Origin: an uncultured Candidatus Saccharibacteria bacterium
Lineage (GTDB): Bacteria > Patescibacteriota > Minisyncoccia > Phycocordibacterales > UBA9973
NCBI GenBank assembly: GCA_964456475.1
Contig: CAYVZI010000003.1
Span: 14,092 to 78,091 of the forward strand
Direction of reading: 5' to 3'
Length of the DNA stretch: 64,000 bases
Shown: positions 47,124 to 57,812 of the stretch, piece by piece
Layout of the letters: every line of letters starts with the position of its first letter
Numbering within the stretch: position 1 is the first letter of the stretch
Made by a program: the position numbers and the translations under genes
The notes under the pieces: model-generated
Database searches by the model: none
The model's input: only the letters and a program-made list of their open reading frames with translations
Told to the model about the DNA's origin: nothing

Positions 47124-49046
47124 ATGTCCGAACAGGGAAATCCAAACGAGCCACATAACTTAGATGACGTAAATGCACGCCTGTATCGACGTGATCTCGC
47201 TGGGCGTGTGATGCGACGCATCGACAGTCTTCATGTGAATCCGACACCGGTTAAGAAGGACTGGGAAGAAGATATGTCAAAGTCTCAATCCGGAAAAACC
47301 AAAATTCACCATTCTTTCTTTAAGAAGTTTTTTTATTTTTCACTTGGATTTGCAGTGCTTGCCGCACTTTTTGCTACAGTAATGTTCTTCACCGGAGGGA
47401 ACACTGTTTCAAATGCAAATATAGAAATTACAGTTCTTGGAAATTCATTTACCGCGGGAGGTGAAGAGCTTCCTTTGCAGGTTGAAGTTTCAAATAAGAA
47501 CGCGAGTGCACTTGAACTCGCTGATCTTTTTGTTGAGTATGACAATGGTGGGACTACTACCAATAGCGTCGGGCACGTTCGTGAATTGAATTCACTCGGT
47601 ACGATTCCTGCTGGTGGAAATACTACCAAGAGTCTTTTTGTAACACTGTTTGGCGAACAGGGGAGCACAAAGAGTGTTGACTTCACCTTGCAATATCGTC
47701 TTCGTGGCTCAAACGCAATTTTTGTAAAAAAATCTTCGTTTGTAGTGACTATCAATTCTGCCCCGGTATCACTTTCTGTTGATGGTCCAAAAAGTATAAC
47801 TCCGAATCAAAAATTGACCTTTACCGTCAAGACTGTCTCAAATAGCAAAAACACGCTTTCTGGAATGTTACTCCATGTCGAATATCCAACTGGATTTAAT
47901 TTTGAAAAATCAGTCCCAGAAGCAACTGCTTCAAATAATGTGTGGAACCTCGGTGATTTTGCACCTGGAGCGGAACGCGACGTCGTGATTACTGGTACGG
48001 TGTATGGACAGGACGGGGAAGATAGAGCTTTCCATGTATATACAGGTGCCGTAAGTACGACCGATAACTCCAAAATTGGTGTGACATACAATTCATTGCT
48101 TCAAACAGTATCGCTCGTCAAACCATTTCTTGCTGCGCGTCTTTCTATCAATGGTTCGACTACTGACCCAACACCAGTAGGTAGTGCTGGAAATGTTTCG
48201 GTTACTGTAAATTACACAAATAATTTGCCGACTCGCGTAACGGACGCTTCGGTGACCGTTCATTTGTCAGGGAACGCGCTCGATGGAAAATCAGTCGATG
48301 CGCAAAAAGGTTTTTACAATTCTTTGGACAAAACGATAACTTGGAACAAAACATCTGTCGCGGAACTTGCTTCGATTGAACCATCAGATCAGGGAATTTT
48401 ACAGTTTTCGTTCAAAGTTTTGCCGCTGTGGTCTACTGGAGGAACAATTTCTAAACCTTCTGTAAAAGTATCGGTAAGCATAAAAGGCAAACAGCCAGAT
48501 CAAGGGGGAGCGGTAAGCGAGGTTGCTGATTTTGAAGAAAAGACCGCAGTAATAAATTCTGATCTTGGTTTTTCTCCCGATGCCTCATATAGTACCGGAC
48601 CATTTTCAAATACCGGACCAATTCCACCGAAGGCAAATCAGCCCACGACATACACGGTTACTTGGACTGTAACCAATTCGGCAAATGCACTTACTGACGG
48701 TGTTGCTACGGCTCTCTTGCCGACATATGTAGATTGGGTTGGCACGATTTCTCCATCCGGAGAGTCTGTGGAATACGACGCGACAACAAGTACGATTCGC
48801 TGGAAAATTGGAACCGTGCCTGCCGGTGCTGGTACGAGCGGATCTCCCCGTAAGGTGTCGTTCCAAGTGCGCCTCAATCCGTCAGAAACTCAGGTGGGCA
48901 GTGTTCCAAAACTTGTTTTAGACACAACCATATCAGCAAAAGATACATTTACCGGTGTGATGCTCACTACGAGTCGTGGAGCAATATCGACCCAACTTCG
49001 TAACGAGCCAGGATTCCCGCCAGATGGACAGACGGTTGTACCATAA
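47124..49046 (+). CDS. Membrane-anchored multi-Ig-like extracellular protein
   Basis: Single TM followed by beta-rich repeats (WNLGD, GPIPPKA..TTYTVTW). Confidence 0.75.
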   Translation: MSEQGNPNEPHNLDDVNARLYRRDLAGRVMRRIDSLHVNPTPVKKDWEEDMSKSQSGKTKIHHSFFKKFFYFSLGFAVLAALFATVMFFTGGNTVSNANIEITVLGNSFTAGGEELPLQVEVSNKNASALELADLFVEYDNGGTTTNSVGHVRELNSLGTIPAGGNTTKSLFVTLFGEQGSTKSVDFTLQYRLRGSNAIFVKKSSFVVTINSAPVSLSVDGPKSITPNQKLTFTVKTVSNSKNTLSGMLLHVEYPTGFNFEKSVPEATASNNVWNLGDFAPGAERDVVITGTVYGQDGEDRAFHVYTGAVSTTDNSKIGVTYNSLLQTVSLVKPFLAARLSINGSTTDPTPVGSAGNVSVTVNYTNNLPTRVTDASVTVHLSGNALDGKSVDAQKGFYNSLDKTITWNKTSVAELASIEPSDQGILQFSFKVLPLWSTGGTISKPSVKVSVSIKGKQPDQGGAVSEVADFEEKTAVINSDLGFSPDASYSTGPFSNTGPIPPKANQPTTYTVTWTVTNSANALTDGVATALLPTYVDWVGTISPSGESVEYDATTSTIRWKIGTVPAGAGTSGSPRKVSFQVRLNPSETQVGSVPKLVLDTTISAKDTFTGVMLTTSRGAISTQLRNEPGFPPDGQTVVP

Positions 49047-49124
49047 AAATTACGAATTACGAATTAGGAATTAGGAATGTCACACAATGGAAAAATGAGA
49101 CAAGAAATGGTAGGGTAGACACAT

Positions 49125-50474
49125 ATGGAAAAAGGACAGGAAAATGTAATGGAAAAGATTCAGTCGCTCTGTAAGCGACGAGGCTTTATATTTCAAGGCT
49201 CAGAAATCTATGGAGGACTTTCAGGTATTTTTGACTACGGACCGCTTGGCGTAGAACTTCGCCATAATATCAAGCAATACTTCTGGGAGACATTCATCAA
49301 AAATCGAGAAGATATTTACCCGATTAGTGCTGGAATTTTGATGCCAGCAAAAGTCTGGGAAGCATCAGGTCATACCGAACTATTTACCGACCCGCTCGTC
49401 GAATGCAAAATTTGTAACGGACGCGTGCGTGCCGATCAACCGGAAGCTATAGCTGATCATGAAGCGACACATCCGAAGGAAAAAGTGGAATGGTCTACAC
49501 CTCGCGTTTTTAATCTGCTCGTTGAGACCAAACTCGGTGCATCAGAAGACACAGCTCAGCAAGTGTATCTTCGTGGAGAAATCACTCAGGGTGTCCATGT
49601 GAACTTCAAAAATATTCTTGACTCAATGCATCCGAAGCTCCCGTTCGGCGTGGGGCAGGTTGGAAAAGCTTTTCGCAACGAAATCACACCTCGCGATTTC
49701 CTATTCCGTCAGCGCGAATTCGAACAGATGGAAATTCAGTATTACATCAAGCCAGATGAAAAAACTGGCGCGGAAACATTTGAATTTTGGAAAAATGCCG
49801 CACTTGATTGGTACTACGGACTCGGATTCAAAAAAGAAAGTTTGCGTTTGCGTGCACATGAAGCAGATGAACGCGCACACTATGCCAAAGATGCATGGGA
49901 TATTGAATACAACATGCCAGGCGTTGGTTGGAAGGAGGCATGGGGAATTCACCATCGCGGTGATTGGGATTTGCGACGCCATTCCGAATACTCTGGTGTA
50001 GATCTTTCGTATTACGATGAAGAGACAAAGGAACGCTGTATTCCATGGGACATTGAATGTTCTGGAGGTGTAGATCGAGCCGTACTCTTTACACTTATGG
50101 AAGCATATACAGAAGACCAGATGGGGAATGAGACTCGCGCATATCTTAAACTCAAGCCTTCCATCGCACCAGTACTTTGCGCTGTGTCTCCACTCCTCAA
50201 AAACAAACCTGAACTCGTAGAAAAAGCACGCAGTGTATATATGATGCTCAAAAAGGAATTCGGACGCGTTGCGTTTGATGACAATGGCAACATTGGCAAG
50301 CGCTATCGTAGGCAAGATGAAATCGGTACGCCATGGTGTATCGTGATCGACTTCGACACACTCGGCGAAAATCCAGAATTGCTCGATACGGTCACTATTC
50401 GCGACCGAGATACAGGAAATCAAGAACGCGTAAAAATTTCTGATTTGATTTCAAAAATTAAAGAACAATTGTAA
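49125..50474 (+). CDS. glyQS: Glycine-tRNA ligase (alpha2 type)
   Basis: LCKRRGF..EIYGG, FRNEITPR, REFEQME, IGKRYRRQDEIGTP. Confidence 0.97.
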   Translation: MEKGQENVMEKIQSLCKRRGFIFQGSEIYGGLSGIFDYGPLGVELRHNIKQYFWETFIKNREDIYPISAGILMPAKVWEASGHTELFTDPLVECKICNGRVRADQPEAIADHEATHPKEKVEWSTPRVFNLLVETKLGASEDTAQQVYLRGEITQGVHVNFKNILDSMHPKLPFGVGQVGKAFRNEITPRDFLFRQREFEQMEIQYYIKPDEKTGAETFEFWKNAALDWYYGLGFKKESLRLRAHEADERAHYAKDAWDIEYNMPGVGWKEAWGIHHRGDWDLRRHSEYSGVDLSYYDEETKERCIPWDIECSGGVDRAVLFTLMEAYTEDQMGNETRAYLKLKPSIAPVLCAVSPLLKNKPELVEKARSVYMMLKKEFGRVAFDDNGNIGKRYRRQDEIGTPWCIVIDFDTLGENPELLDTVTIRDRDTGNQERVKISDLISKIKEQL

Positions 50475-50505
50475 ATAAAAAATCGAAGCAGTAATGCTTC
50501 GATTT

Positions 50506-51042
50506 TTAGTATTTTCTCTTATCTTTTGGTTTTCCTTTCTTTTTCCATGCAAGATTCATTTCAAACAAATGGTCGCTCAAGAATTTTTTGAATACAGTAT
50601 GGCGATTGTACTGATTGCAGTAATTCCATATTTTTAAAAAAATATCAGGGGTGATAATGTTTCTAAAATGTTTCTGTAGCGCTTTTTGAATTGAGTCTAC
50701 TGAAAAGGGAATATCATACGATTTTATTGAAAACGAGTTTTGATTAATCCGCATTTCGAAATCTGCTTTTGATAGAAACAAATCACAACAAGTTGTATCT
50801 ACTGTTTCATATAGAAAAGTATTTTCCAATGCAAAATTTTTTAAACTCTCAACCCCTGATAACTTTTTAAAATATTTAGGGTTTTGTTCAAGTAATCTTT
50901 TAACAGATTTCGTATGGAGTATATATAGATCAGAATCTGGAATAGAGTCTGAAGGTGAAATATGCACCTCGTCGTTTTGTAAACTTCTGATACGAATTTT
51001 GCGTTTCGGAGTATCTTCATTCCGATTCATTTCTATATACAT
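50506..51042 (-). CDS. Hypothetical AT-rich orphan (start uncertain)
   Basis: Long ORF on the opposite strand; shares a terminator with glyQS. Confidence 0.55.
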   Translation of the reverse strand: MYIEMNRNEDTPKRKIRIRSLQNDEVHISPSDSIPDSDLYILHTKSVKRLLEQNPKYFKKLSGVESLKNFALENTFLYETVDTTCCDLFLSKADFEMRINQNSFSIKSYDIPFSVDSIQKALQKHFRNIITPDIFLKIWNYCNQYNRHTVFKKFLSDHLFEMNLAWKKKGKPKDKRKY

Positions 51043-51201
51043 TACTGGGTAATCAGGTTGAAAAAGAAGAATATGTCCCTGAAGCCGGGTGCGCTTCTTT
51101 AGTACAAGTATTTTCATCGGCTTAAGTTTTTCTGCATAGTAGTCTTTATTCTAGATATTGCAAGTCTTGTCTTTGGTTGGTGGGGAATATATAGTGAATC
51201 T

Positions 51202-52476
51202 ATGCAATACACTAAAACCAAGCTTAAAAACGGACTTCGAGTGATCACTGTCCCGATGAAGGATAATCCAACTGTCACCGTCCTTGTGCTTGTCGAAACG
51301 GGCTCAAAATACGAGACAAAGGCTAAGAACGGTATATCTCATTTCCTGGAGCATATGTGCTTCAAGGGGACTACGGTGCGCCCTTCAGCCCATGCTATTT
51401 CGGCTGAGCTTGATGGGCTTGGAAGCCAGTCAAATGCTTTTACCGGACAAGAATACACCGGCTATTATGCCAAGAGCGATGCCAAGCATTTCAAACAAAT
51501 CTTCGACATTGTTTCTGATGTCTACCTTAATTCGACGTTTCCAGAAGCGGAAATTGAAAAAGAAAAAGGTGTGATTGTGGAAGAAATCAACATGTACGAA
51601 GACATGCCCCAACAGCAGGCACAAATTGTTTTTATGAGTTTGCTCTATGGTAATCAACCAGCGGGATGGTGCATTGCCGGCACTCGCGACAATGTTCGTG
51701 CAATGACACGCAAGGATTTTGTGGAGTATAAGAATGCGCATTATGTTCCAAAAGCGACGACAGTAATTGTCGCAGGAAAAGTATCTGAAAAAGAAGTCGC
51801 GAAAGAAATCGAGCGAGTATTCGGCGCCCTTAAATCGACTGCAAAATCAACAAAAGGAAAAACGAAGGATTCGCAATCAAAACCTGCGGTACTTATTGCT
51901 CAAAAAAAATCTGATCAAACACATCTCGTGCTCGGTGTGCGTAGTTTTGACACCTATGACAAAAAGAATCCTATTGTCACAGTACTCGGTACAATCTTGG
52001 GTGGGGGAATGAGTTCGCGTCTCTTTATTAAACTCCGTGAAGAACTCGGCGTAGCGTATTATGTGCGTGCGGGTAATGACACCTATTCTGATCATGGCGC
52101 ATTCCAAATTTCTGCAGGTGTGTCGAACGAACGTGTCGCCGAAGTGGTCAAGGAGGTTCTCGCTGAGTGTGCACGACTCAAGACTGAGCTTGTTGAAAAA
52201 GCTGAACTTGATAAAGCCAAGGAATATTTGATAGGGAATATGAAGCTCGAACTCGAAAGTTCTGATGCATGGGCATCTTATTTTGGCGGACAAGAAGTCA
52301 TGCGCAAAAAGATACAATCTCCAGAAGAAATCGAAGCGAAGATTCGCAAAGTCACCGCAGAGCAAATTCAGGCAGTCGCTCGGGAGATATTTGTCGACAA
52401 ACATCTCAATCTTGCGCTCGTTGGGCCGTTTGAAAATAAGGCTGATTTCTTGAAAAATCTCACATTTAAACCTTAG
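51202..52476 (+). CDS. M16 family zinc peptidase
   Basis: HFLEH inverted zincin motif, GGGMSSRLF. Confidence 0.95.
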   Translation: MQYTKTKLKNGLRVITVPMKDNPTVTVLVLVETGSKYETKAKNGISHFLEHMCFKGTTVRPSAHAISAELDGLGSQSNAFTGQEYTGYYAKSDAKHFKQIFDIVSDVYLNSTFPEAEIEKEKGVIVEEINMYEDMPQQQAQIVFMSLLYGNQPAGWCIAGTRDNVRAMTRKDFVEYKNAHYVPKATTVIVAGKVSEKEVAKEIERVFGALKSTAKSTKGKTKDSQSKPAVLIAQKKSDQTHLVLGVRSFDTYDKKNPIVTVLGTILGGGMSSRLFIKLREELGVAYYVRAGNDTYSDHGAFQISAGVSNERVAEVVKEVLAECARLKTELVEKAELDKAKEYLIGNMKLELESSDAWASYFGGQEVMRKKIQSPEEIEAKIRKVTAEQIQAVAREIFVDKHLNLALVGPFENKADFLKNLTFKP

Positions 52477-52500
52477 CCGTAAAGGTGCTATGATGGGCAT

Positions 52501-53511
52501 ATGAACCCCCAGGGAGAGAAAGTTATTACGATAAGTCAAAAGACTATTTGGAGCACTATTGCTCTTTTGGCGCTTATTTTTGGACTGTACTATCTTCGAG
52601 ATTTGGTCTACGTTTTCCTCACATCAATCGTCATTGCATCATTCGTTGAATTCGGCGTAAAGAAACTGGTGGCACGTAAGCTCGGAAGGAGTTTCTCTGT
52701 GGTTATTATTTATTTTTGTGTTATTGCTTTGTTTGGGTTGTTTTTGTATTTTTTTGTTCCTGTATTCCTCGGACAGATGGCACAGTTTTTTAATTTTATT
52801 CACACGTATCTACCGACAACGGGCACGAATGTTTCGGAAGGTGTTCCGTTTGTGGATATTATCGGAAAGTTTGAATCATTGGCAACAAACACAGGACCAC
52901 AAGCTATTGCTGCAGCGAGCTTTATATTCGGTGGACTTATCAACGTAGTCTTGCTTGCTGTTATTTCTTTTTATCTTTCAATCAACAAAAACGGAGTTGA
53001 AAATTTTCTTCGCATTATTACCCCAGATCGGAATGAAGAGTATGTAGTCAATCTTTGGAAGAGGACAGAACACAAGATCGGCCTCTGGTTTCAAGGGCAA
53101 CTCCTGCTTGGATTTTTGGTTGGGGTATTTATTTACCTAGGTCTTCTTTTGTTTAATGTGCAATATGCACTTCTTCTTGCTGTAGCGGCTGCGATTATGG
53201 AACTTATACCATTCGGTATTATTTTGGCAGCAATACCGGCAATTGCCTCGGGGTATTCAAGTGGCGGAACTACCACAGCGCTCGAAGTTGCTGGCCTCTA
53301 TGTAGTCATTCAGCAATTTGAAGCAAATCTGATTCAGCCACTCATTGTCAAAAAAGTAGTTGGAATCTCATCTCTCTTGGTAATCTTATCTTTGCTTGTA
53401 GGTATTGAGCTTGCCGGGTTCTGGGGGGTTATTCTCTCTATTCCGGTCGCTGTATGTGTCATGGAGTTTTTTGAGGACCTCGATAAAAAGAAAAAAGCAG
53501 CCATAAACTAA
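52501..53511 (+). CDS. AI-2E family transporter
   Basis: WFQGQLL, ELIPFG, QQFEANLIQP, GVILSIP. Confidence 0.9.
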   Translation: MNPQGEKVITISQKTIWSTIALLALIFGLYYLRDLVYVFLTSIVIASFVEFGVKKLVARKLGRSFSVVIIYFCVIALFGLFLYFFVPVFLGQMAQFFNFIHTYLPTTGTNVSEGVPFVDIIGKFESLATNTGPQAIAAASFIFGGLINVVLLAVISFYLSINKNGVENFLRIITPDRNEEYVVNLWKRTEHKIGLWFQGQLLLGFLVGVFIYLGLLLFNVQYALLLAVAAAIMELIPFGIILAAIPAIASGYSSGGTTTALEVAGLYVVIQQFEANLIQPLIVKKVVGISSLLVILSLLVGIELAGFWGVILSIPVAVCVMEFFEDLDKKKKAAIN

Positions 53512-53523
53512 CTATAAATTTAT

Positions 53524-54963
53524 ATGAAGCCATTTTATATTACAACTACACTCCCGTACGTAAATGCCGACCTTCACATGGGGCATGCGCTTGAATTTGT
53601 GCGTGCCGATGTGATTGCTCGTTACAAAAAACTCAATGGGTTTGATGTATTTTTCAATACGGGTACTGATGAACATGGTATGAAGATATACGAGAAAGCG
53701 CAGTCTTTAGGAAAGACCCCGCAAGAGTTTGTGGACGAGAGTTTTGCCCGATTTACTGAATCCGTAAAAATTTTTGGCTTAGATGAAAGTATTCTCCATT
53801 ACGCTCGTACGACAGATGCTCGTCATGAATCTGCAGCGCAAGAGTTTTGGAAACGATGCGATCAAAATGGATATATTTACAAGAAGAACTATCAAGCAAA
53901 ATATTGTGTTGGTTGTGAGGAGGTAAAAACCGACTCAGATCTCGTTGGGGGAGAATGCCCTGTGCATCCAGGGAGACCACTTGAAATCATTGAAGAGGAA
54001 AATTACTTTTTTAAGTATTCGGCATTTACCGAAAAATTGCTTGCTTTTTATGATTCACACCCAAGCTTCGTCGTGCCAGATTTTCGCTATAACGAAATCA
54101 AAGCATTCGCAGGACGCGGGTTGGAGGATTTTTCAATTTCACGTCTGAAGAGCAAGATGCCATGGGGAATACCGGTACCAGGGGATGAGGCGCATGTGAT
54201 GTATGTTTGGTTTGATGCTTTAACCAATTATATTTCTACACTTGATTGGCCAAACGAAGGAGGAAATTTTGAAACGTATTGGAAAACTGGGACTCCGACT
54301 CAGTATTGTGGGAAGGACAATACTCGATTTCAGTCTGCAATGTGGCAGGCAATGCTCATGGCCGCAAATGTACCCAATTCCCATCAAATCGTAGTCAACG
54401 GCTTTGTCACAGCTGATGGCGGTGTACGTATGTCGAAGACTCTCGGTAATGGAGTCGATCCAAAAGATGTTGTGGCCGAGTATGGCACAGATGCAATGCG
54501 ATTCTTCTTGGCAAAGGAAATCTCGTCTTTTGAAGATAGTCCATTTACGATGGAGAGATTTAAGGCATCGTATAATGCGCATCTTGCAAACGGGTTGGGA
54601 AATCTCGCTTCGCGAATTCTTACGCTTTCAGAAAAATATCTCGTAGAATGTCCTCCATTACCCGAGCAATCAATTCCCCAAGAGTTTTTTGATACGCTTG
54701 AATTGTTTGATATTCAAAAGGCTACCGCTCTCATTTGGGAAAAAATCCAAGTGCTCGATCAGAAAATCCAAAAGACAGAACCTTTTAAGGTCGTAAAAGT
54801 GGATGAAGTAAAAGGAAAGGAACTCATTTCGGAAATGGTTCTTGATTTGTATACTATTGCGAGAATGCTCAATCCAATCATGCCTGAAACAAATGCAAAA
54901 TTGAAAGCGCTTATTAAAGCCAACAAAAAACCTGAGACTCCGCTCTTTATGCGTAAGGAATAA
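53524..54963 (+). CDS. metG: Methionine-tRNA ligase
   Basis: YVNADLHMGH, GTDEHG, YVWFDAL, RMSKT. Confidence 0.97.
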   Translation: MKPFYITTTLPYVNADLHMGHALEFVRADVIARYKKLNGFDVFFNTGTDEHGMKIYEKAQSLGKTPQEFVDESFARFTESVKIFGLDESILHYARTTDARHESAAQEFWKRCDQNGYIYKKNYQAKYCVGCEEVKTDSDLVGGECPVHPGRPLEIIEEENYFFKYSAFTEKLLAFYDSHPSFVVPDFRYNEIKAFAGRGLEDFSISRLKSKMPWGIPVPGDEAHVMYVWFDALTNYISTLDWPNEGGNFETYWKTGTPTQYCGKDNTRFQSAMWQAMLMAANVPNSHQIVVNGFVTADGGVRMSKTLGNGVDPKDVVAEYGTDAMRFFLAKEISSFEDSPFTMERFKASYNAHLANGLGNLASRILTLSEKYLVECPPLPEQSIPQEFFDTLELFDIQKATALIWEKIQVLDQKIQKTEPFKVVKVDEVKGKELISEMVLDLYTIARMLNPIMPETNAKLKALIKANKKPETPLFMRKE

Positions 54964-54967
54964 GAAT

Positions 54968-55813
54968 ATGGAATTAAAATATGTTGATGTGCACGCCCAT
55001 GTGAATTTCAAGGCCTACGACGAAGATCGGGAGGCTGTAATTGAGCGGGCGCGAGAAGCTGGGGTGTCCATGATGAATGTGGGTACTCAGCAAGATACCT
55101 CGATGGATGCGGTGCGTCTTGCAGAAAAATATGAAAGTGGGGTGTATGCGGCGATAGCCTTGCATCCAATTCATACTGCGGCATCATTTCATGATGCTAA
55201 AGAGCTTGGCGAAGAGGCGAAGGCTTTTACGAGTCGGGGAGAGATATTCGATCCAGTATTTTATGAGAAGCTCGCCGAAAATCCAAAGGTCAAAGCTATC
55301 GGCGAATGTGGACTCGATTATTATCGACTGGAAGAAAATACCGCTGAATTACAAAAAAAAGTGTTCATTCAACATATTGAGATTGCCAATAAAGTAGGGA
55401 AGCCGCTCATGTGTCATATTCGCAATGCCCTACACCAAGGCTCGGTCGGCCAAGCATATAAAGATGCGGCAGATATTTTGCGCACCCACGCAAAAGTAAA
55501 AGGAGATATTCATTTCTTTGCCGGCACCTGGGAAGAAGCGCAATGGTTTCTCGATCTTGGATTCACGCTCTCATTCACGGGTGTTATTACATTTACAAAA
55601 GATTACGATGAAGTGGTACGTAATACTCCACTCAATATGATTCTCTCTGAAACTGACTGTCCGTACATCACCCCAACTCCGTATCGAGGACAACGCAATG
55701 AACCAATACACGTAAGGGAAGTGGTCAAAGCAATCGCACGAATCAAAGATCTTGATGAAGAGACAGTTCGACTGCAGCTAGTAGAAAATGCTAAACGAGT
55801 GTTTGGATTTTAA
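54968..55813 (+). CDS. tatD: TatD family nuclease
   Basis: DVHAH, IGECGLDY, ETDCPY. Confidence 0.94.
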   Translation: MELKYVDVHAHVNFKAYDEDREAVIERAREAGVSMMNVGTQQDTSMDAVRLAEKYESGVYAAIALHPIHTAASFHDAKELGEEAKAFTSRGEIFDPVFYEKLAENPKVKAIGECGLDYYRLEENTAELQKKVFIQHIEIANKVGKPLMCHIRNALHQGSVGQAYKDAADILRTHAKVKGDIHFFAGTWEEAQWFLDLGFTLSFTGVITFTKDYDEVVRNTPLNMILSETDCPYITPTPYRGQRNEPIHVREVVKAIARIKDLDEETVRLQLVENAKRVFGF

Positions 55814-55833
55814 ATAAAAATACCCCAGCCTCA

Positions 55834-56151
55834 TTAAGGTTGGGGTATTAACTTTGATCTTTGTATAACCACACCGGCAATCATTTTTTTAATCTCGTCT
55901 TTGGTATTCCAGTACTGAATACCTGTATATGCATCACCGTCTTTTCTTGCATCAAATAATTTTCCAAAACATTCCTTTACAAAAGCAAGGGAAACAGTTT
56001 CTACTCCAGTAAAATCGCAGAGGATTGCTTCAACCTTACCAAAATATTCTTCCATTTTTTTGCGCATTTGCTCACCTTGTTCTATCGAGGTAAGTTCCGC
56101 ATTTACATTGGGTCCTCCAAATATGACCTCAGGTATTTTATTGTTTTCCAT
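55834..56151 (-). CDS. STAS-like (DUF4325) protein
   Basis: LTSIEQG..DFTGVETVSLAFVKECFGKL. Confidence 0.7.
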   Translation of the reverse strand: MENNKIPEVIFGGPNVNAELTSIEQGEQMRKKMEEYFGKVEAILCDFTGVETVSLAFVKECFGKLFDARKDGDAYTGIQYWNTKDEIKKMIAGVVIQRSKLIPQP

Positions 56152-56332
56152 ATTCTTGTTTTTCTAAACAGTACAGAAAAAGATCAATCTTGTCAAAAAT
56201 GATTATTTTTGGTAGTCTATGAACGTCTTATTCGATAGGTGACTGAACGCCTATCGCAAGGTCCGAAATGAGACAATATGCTTTTTAAGCATATATTACA
56301 AGGTTTTCTAGCGGTTTACCGCACATTATAAT

Positions 56333-56830
56333 ATGGATGAAATGACACCTGTAGAAGTATCTGACAACGGAGTATACGAAGTTGGATTTATTCTCGTGCC
56401 TGAAATTACCGAGGAAAAACTCCCGGAAATGTTTGGCAATCTTAAAAATGCTATCCTAGATATGGGAGCGATTGCAATTTCGGAAGAATTTCCAAAGTTG
56501 ATCACGCTTGCATACACCATGGAGCGTACGATCAACAACAAGATCGAGCGATTCACTGAAGGAAATTTTGGATGGATCAAGTTCGAACTTGATAGTAGTA
56601 AAGTAGAAGGTCTCGAAGCAGCACTTCGCCTTCGTACTGATCTTGTTCGTCACTTGCTTATCAAAACAGTTCGCGAAAACACAATCGCAAGTAAAAAAGG
56701 CTTTGGTGTTCGCCGACGTCCAGGAGGAAAAGAGGAAGGCAAGGAAAAAGATGTTCAGCCTGAAATGTCAAAAGAGCAGATTGATCGAGAGATCGAAGCT
56801 TTGGTAGACGACAAGGAGACCACTGCTTAA
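56333..56830 (+). CDS. rpsF: 30S ribosomal protein S6
   Basis: YEVGFILVP, LAYTM, VRHLLIK; precedes ssb-rpsR. Confidence 0.9.
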   Translation: MDEMTPVEVSDNGVYEVGFILVPEITEEKLPEMFGNLKNAILDMGAIAISEEFPKLITLAYTMERTINNKIERFTEGNFGWIKFELDSSKVEGLEAALRLRTDLVRHLLIKTVRENTIASKKGFGVRRRPGGKEEGKEKDVQPEMSKEQIDREIEALVDDKETTA

Positions 56831-56918
56831 ACTCAAGCTTTAAATTAAGAATCACTGGGAGATTAATAGTTTAATAATAGGGGTGATTTGTATCGTGGGC
56901 ATCACTCCTCGAAAATAT

Positions 56919-57374
56919 ATGTTTTTCAACAAAGCAATCATCATCGGTAATGTGACTCGTGATCCAGAAATGAAGGCATTGCCTTCCGGTGCAAAAGTTA
57001 CACAGCTTTCGATCGCAACAAATCGCGTATGGAAAGATGCAAACGGTGCAAAAAAGGAGCAGTCTGATTTTCACAACATTGTAGTGTTCGGTCGCCAAGC
57101 GGAGACTGTCGCACAGTATGTGAAGAAGGGATCTATGCTTATGGTTGAAGGACGCATTCAGACGCGCAGTTGGGACGGTGCTGATGGTAAGAAAAACTAT
57201 CGCACAGAAATCGTAGCTGACCGTGTGCAGTTCGGTCCACGTAGTGGAGCAGTTGGTGGAGGTACAACAGTTGCTGGATCAAACGATCCTCAGAGCAATG
57301 CTCCATCAAACAAGGAAGAAGACACTATCGATTATCCAATGGAGGATATTAATTCAGAAGATATTCCATTCTAA
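56919..57374 (+). CDS. ssb: Single-stranded DNA-binding protein
   Basis: NKAIIIGNVTRDPE, C-terminal DIPF. Confidence 0.97.
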   Translation: MFFNKAIIIGNVTRDPEMKALPSGAKVTQLSIATNRVWKDANGAKKEQSDFHNIVVFGRQAETVAQYVKKGSMLMVEGRIQTRSWDGADGKKNYRTEIVADRVQFGPRSGAVGGGTTVAGSNDPQSNAPSNKEEDTIDYPMEDINSEDIPF

Positions 57375-57470
57375 ATTACCAGAAAATAGAAAATAGAAAA
57401 TAGAAAATAGCAGCCCAAAATCGGATATGCTATAACTACTTTCTACTTTCTACTAACTACTTACTAGAAA

Positions 57471-57671
57471 ATGAAACAAGATTTTTTCTCATCAAATAAC
57501 ATAAAGCACATCGACTACAAGGATGTTGAGGTTTTGAAAAAATTCCTCGGTCCTACAGCCAAGATCCAAAGCGGACGCCGAACAGGCCTCTCTGCTTCGA
57601 ACCAACGCAAAGTAGCTCTCGCTGTGAAGCGCGCTCGATTCATGGGACTTATCCCGTACGTGCAGAAATAG
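57471..57671 (+). CDS. rpsR: 30S ribosomal protein S18
   Basis: IDYKD, QRKVALAVKRARFMGLIPY. Confidence 0.97.
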   Translation: MKQDFFSSNNIKHIDYKDVEVLKKFLGPTAKIQSGRRTGLSASNQRKVALAVKRARFMGLIPYVQK

Positions 57672-57729
57672 GTAAGCTCTCGAGCTTGTTAGAGAAAAAC
57701 CACCCCCCGAGGTGGTTTTTCTCTACACC

Positions 57730-57770
57730 TTGACTTTTTGCTTAAAATGTGCTAGGGTGTGTTTGATAAA
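57730..57770 (+). promoter_or_regulatory. Promoter block shared with 31055-31095
   Basis: TTGACT-17-TAGGGT-gtgtttgataaa. Confidence 0.7.
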
Positions 57771-57812
57771 AATCTAATTTCTTTTACGTAATCAAAAAAT
57801 AAAACTAGAAAA

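Noticed and set aside
49701-52539. Long antisense ORFs (49701-50423, 51877-52539) and similar ones opposite glyA and the surface protein
   Set aside because: They fully overlap well-supported genes on the other strand.
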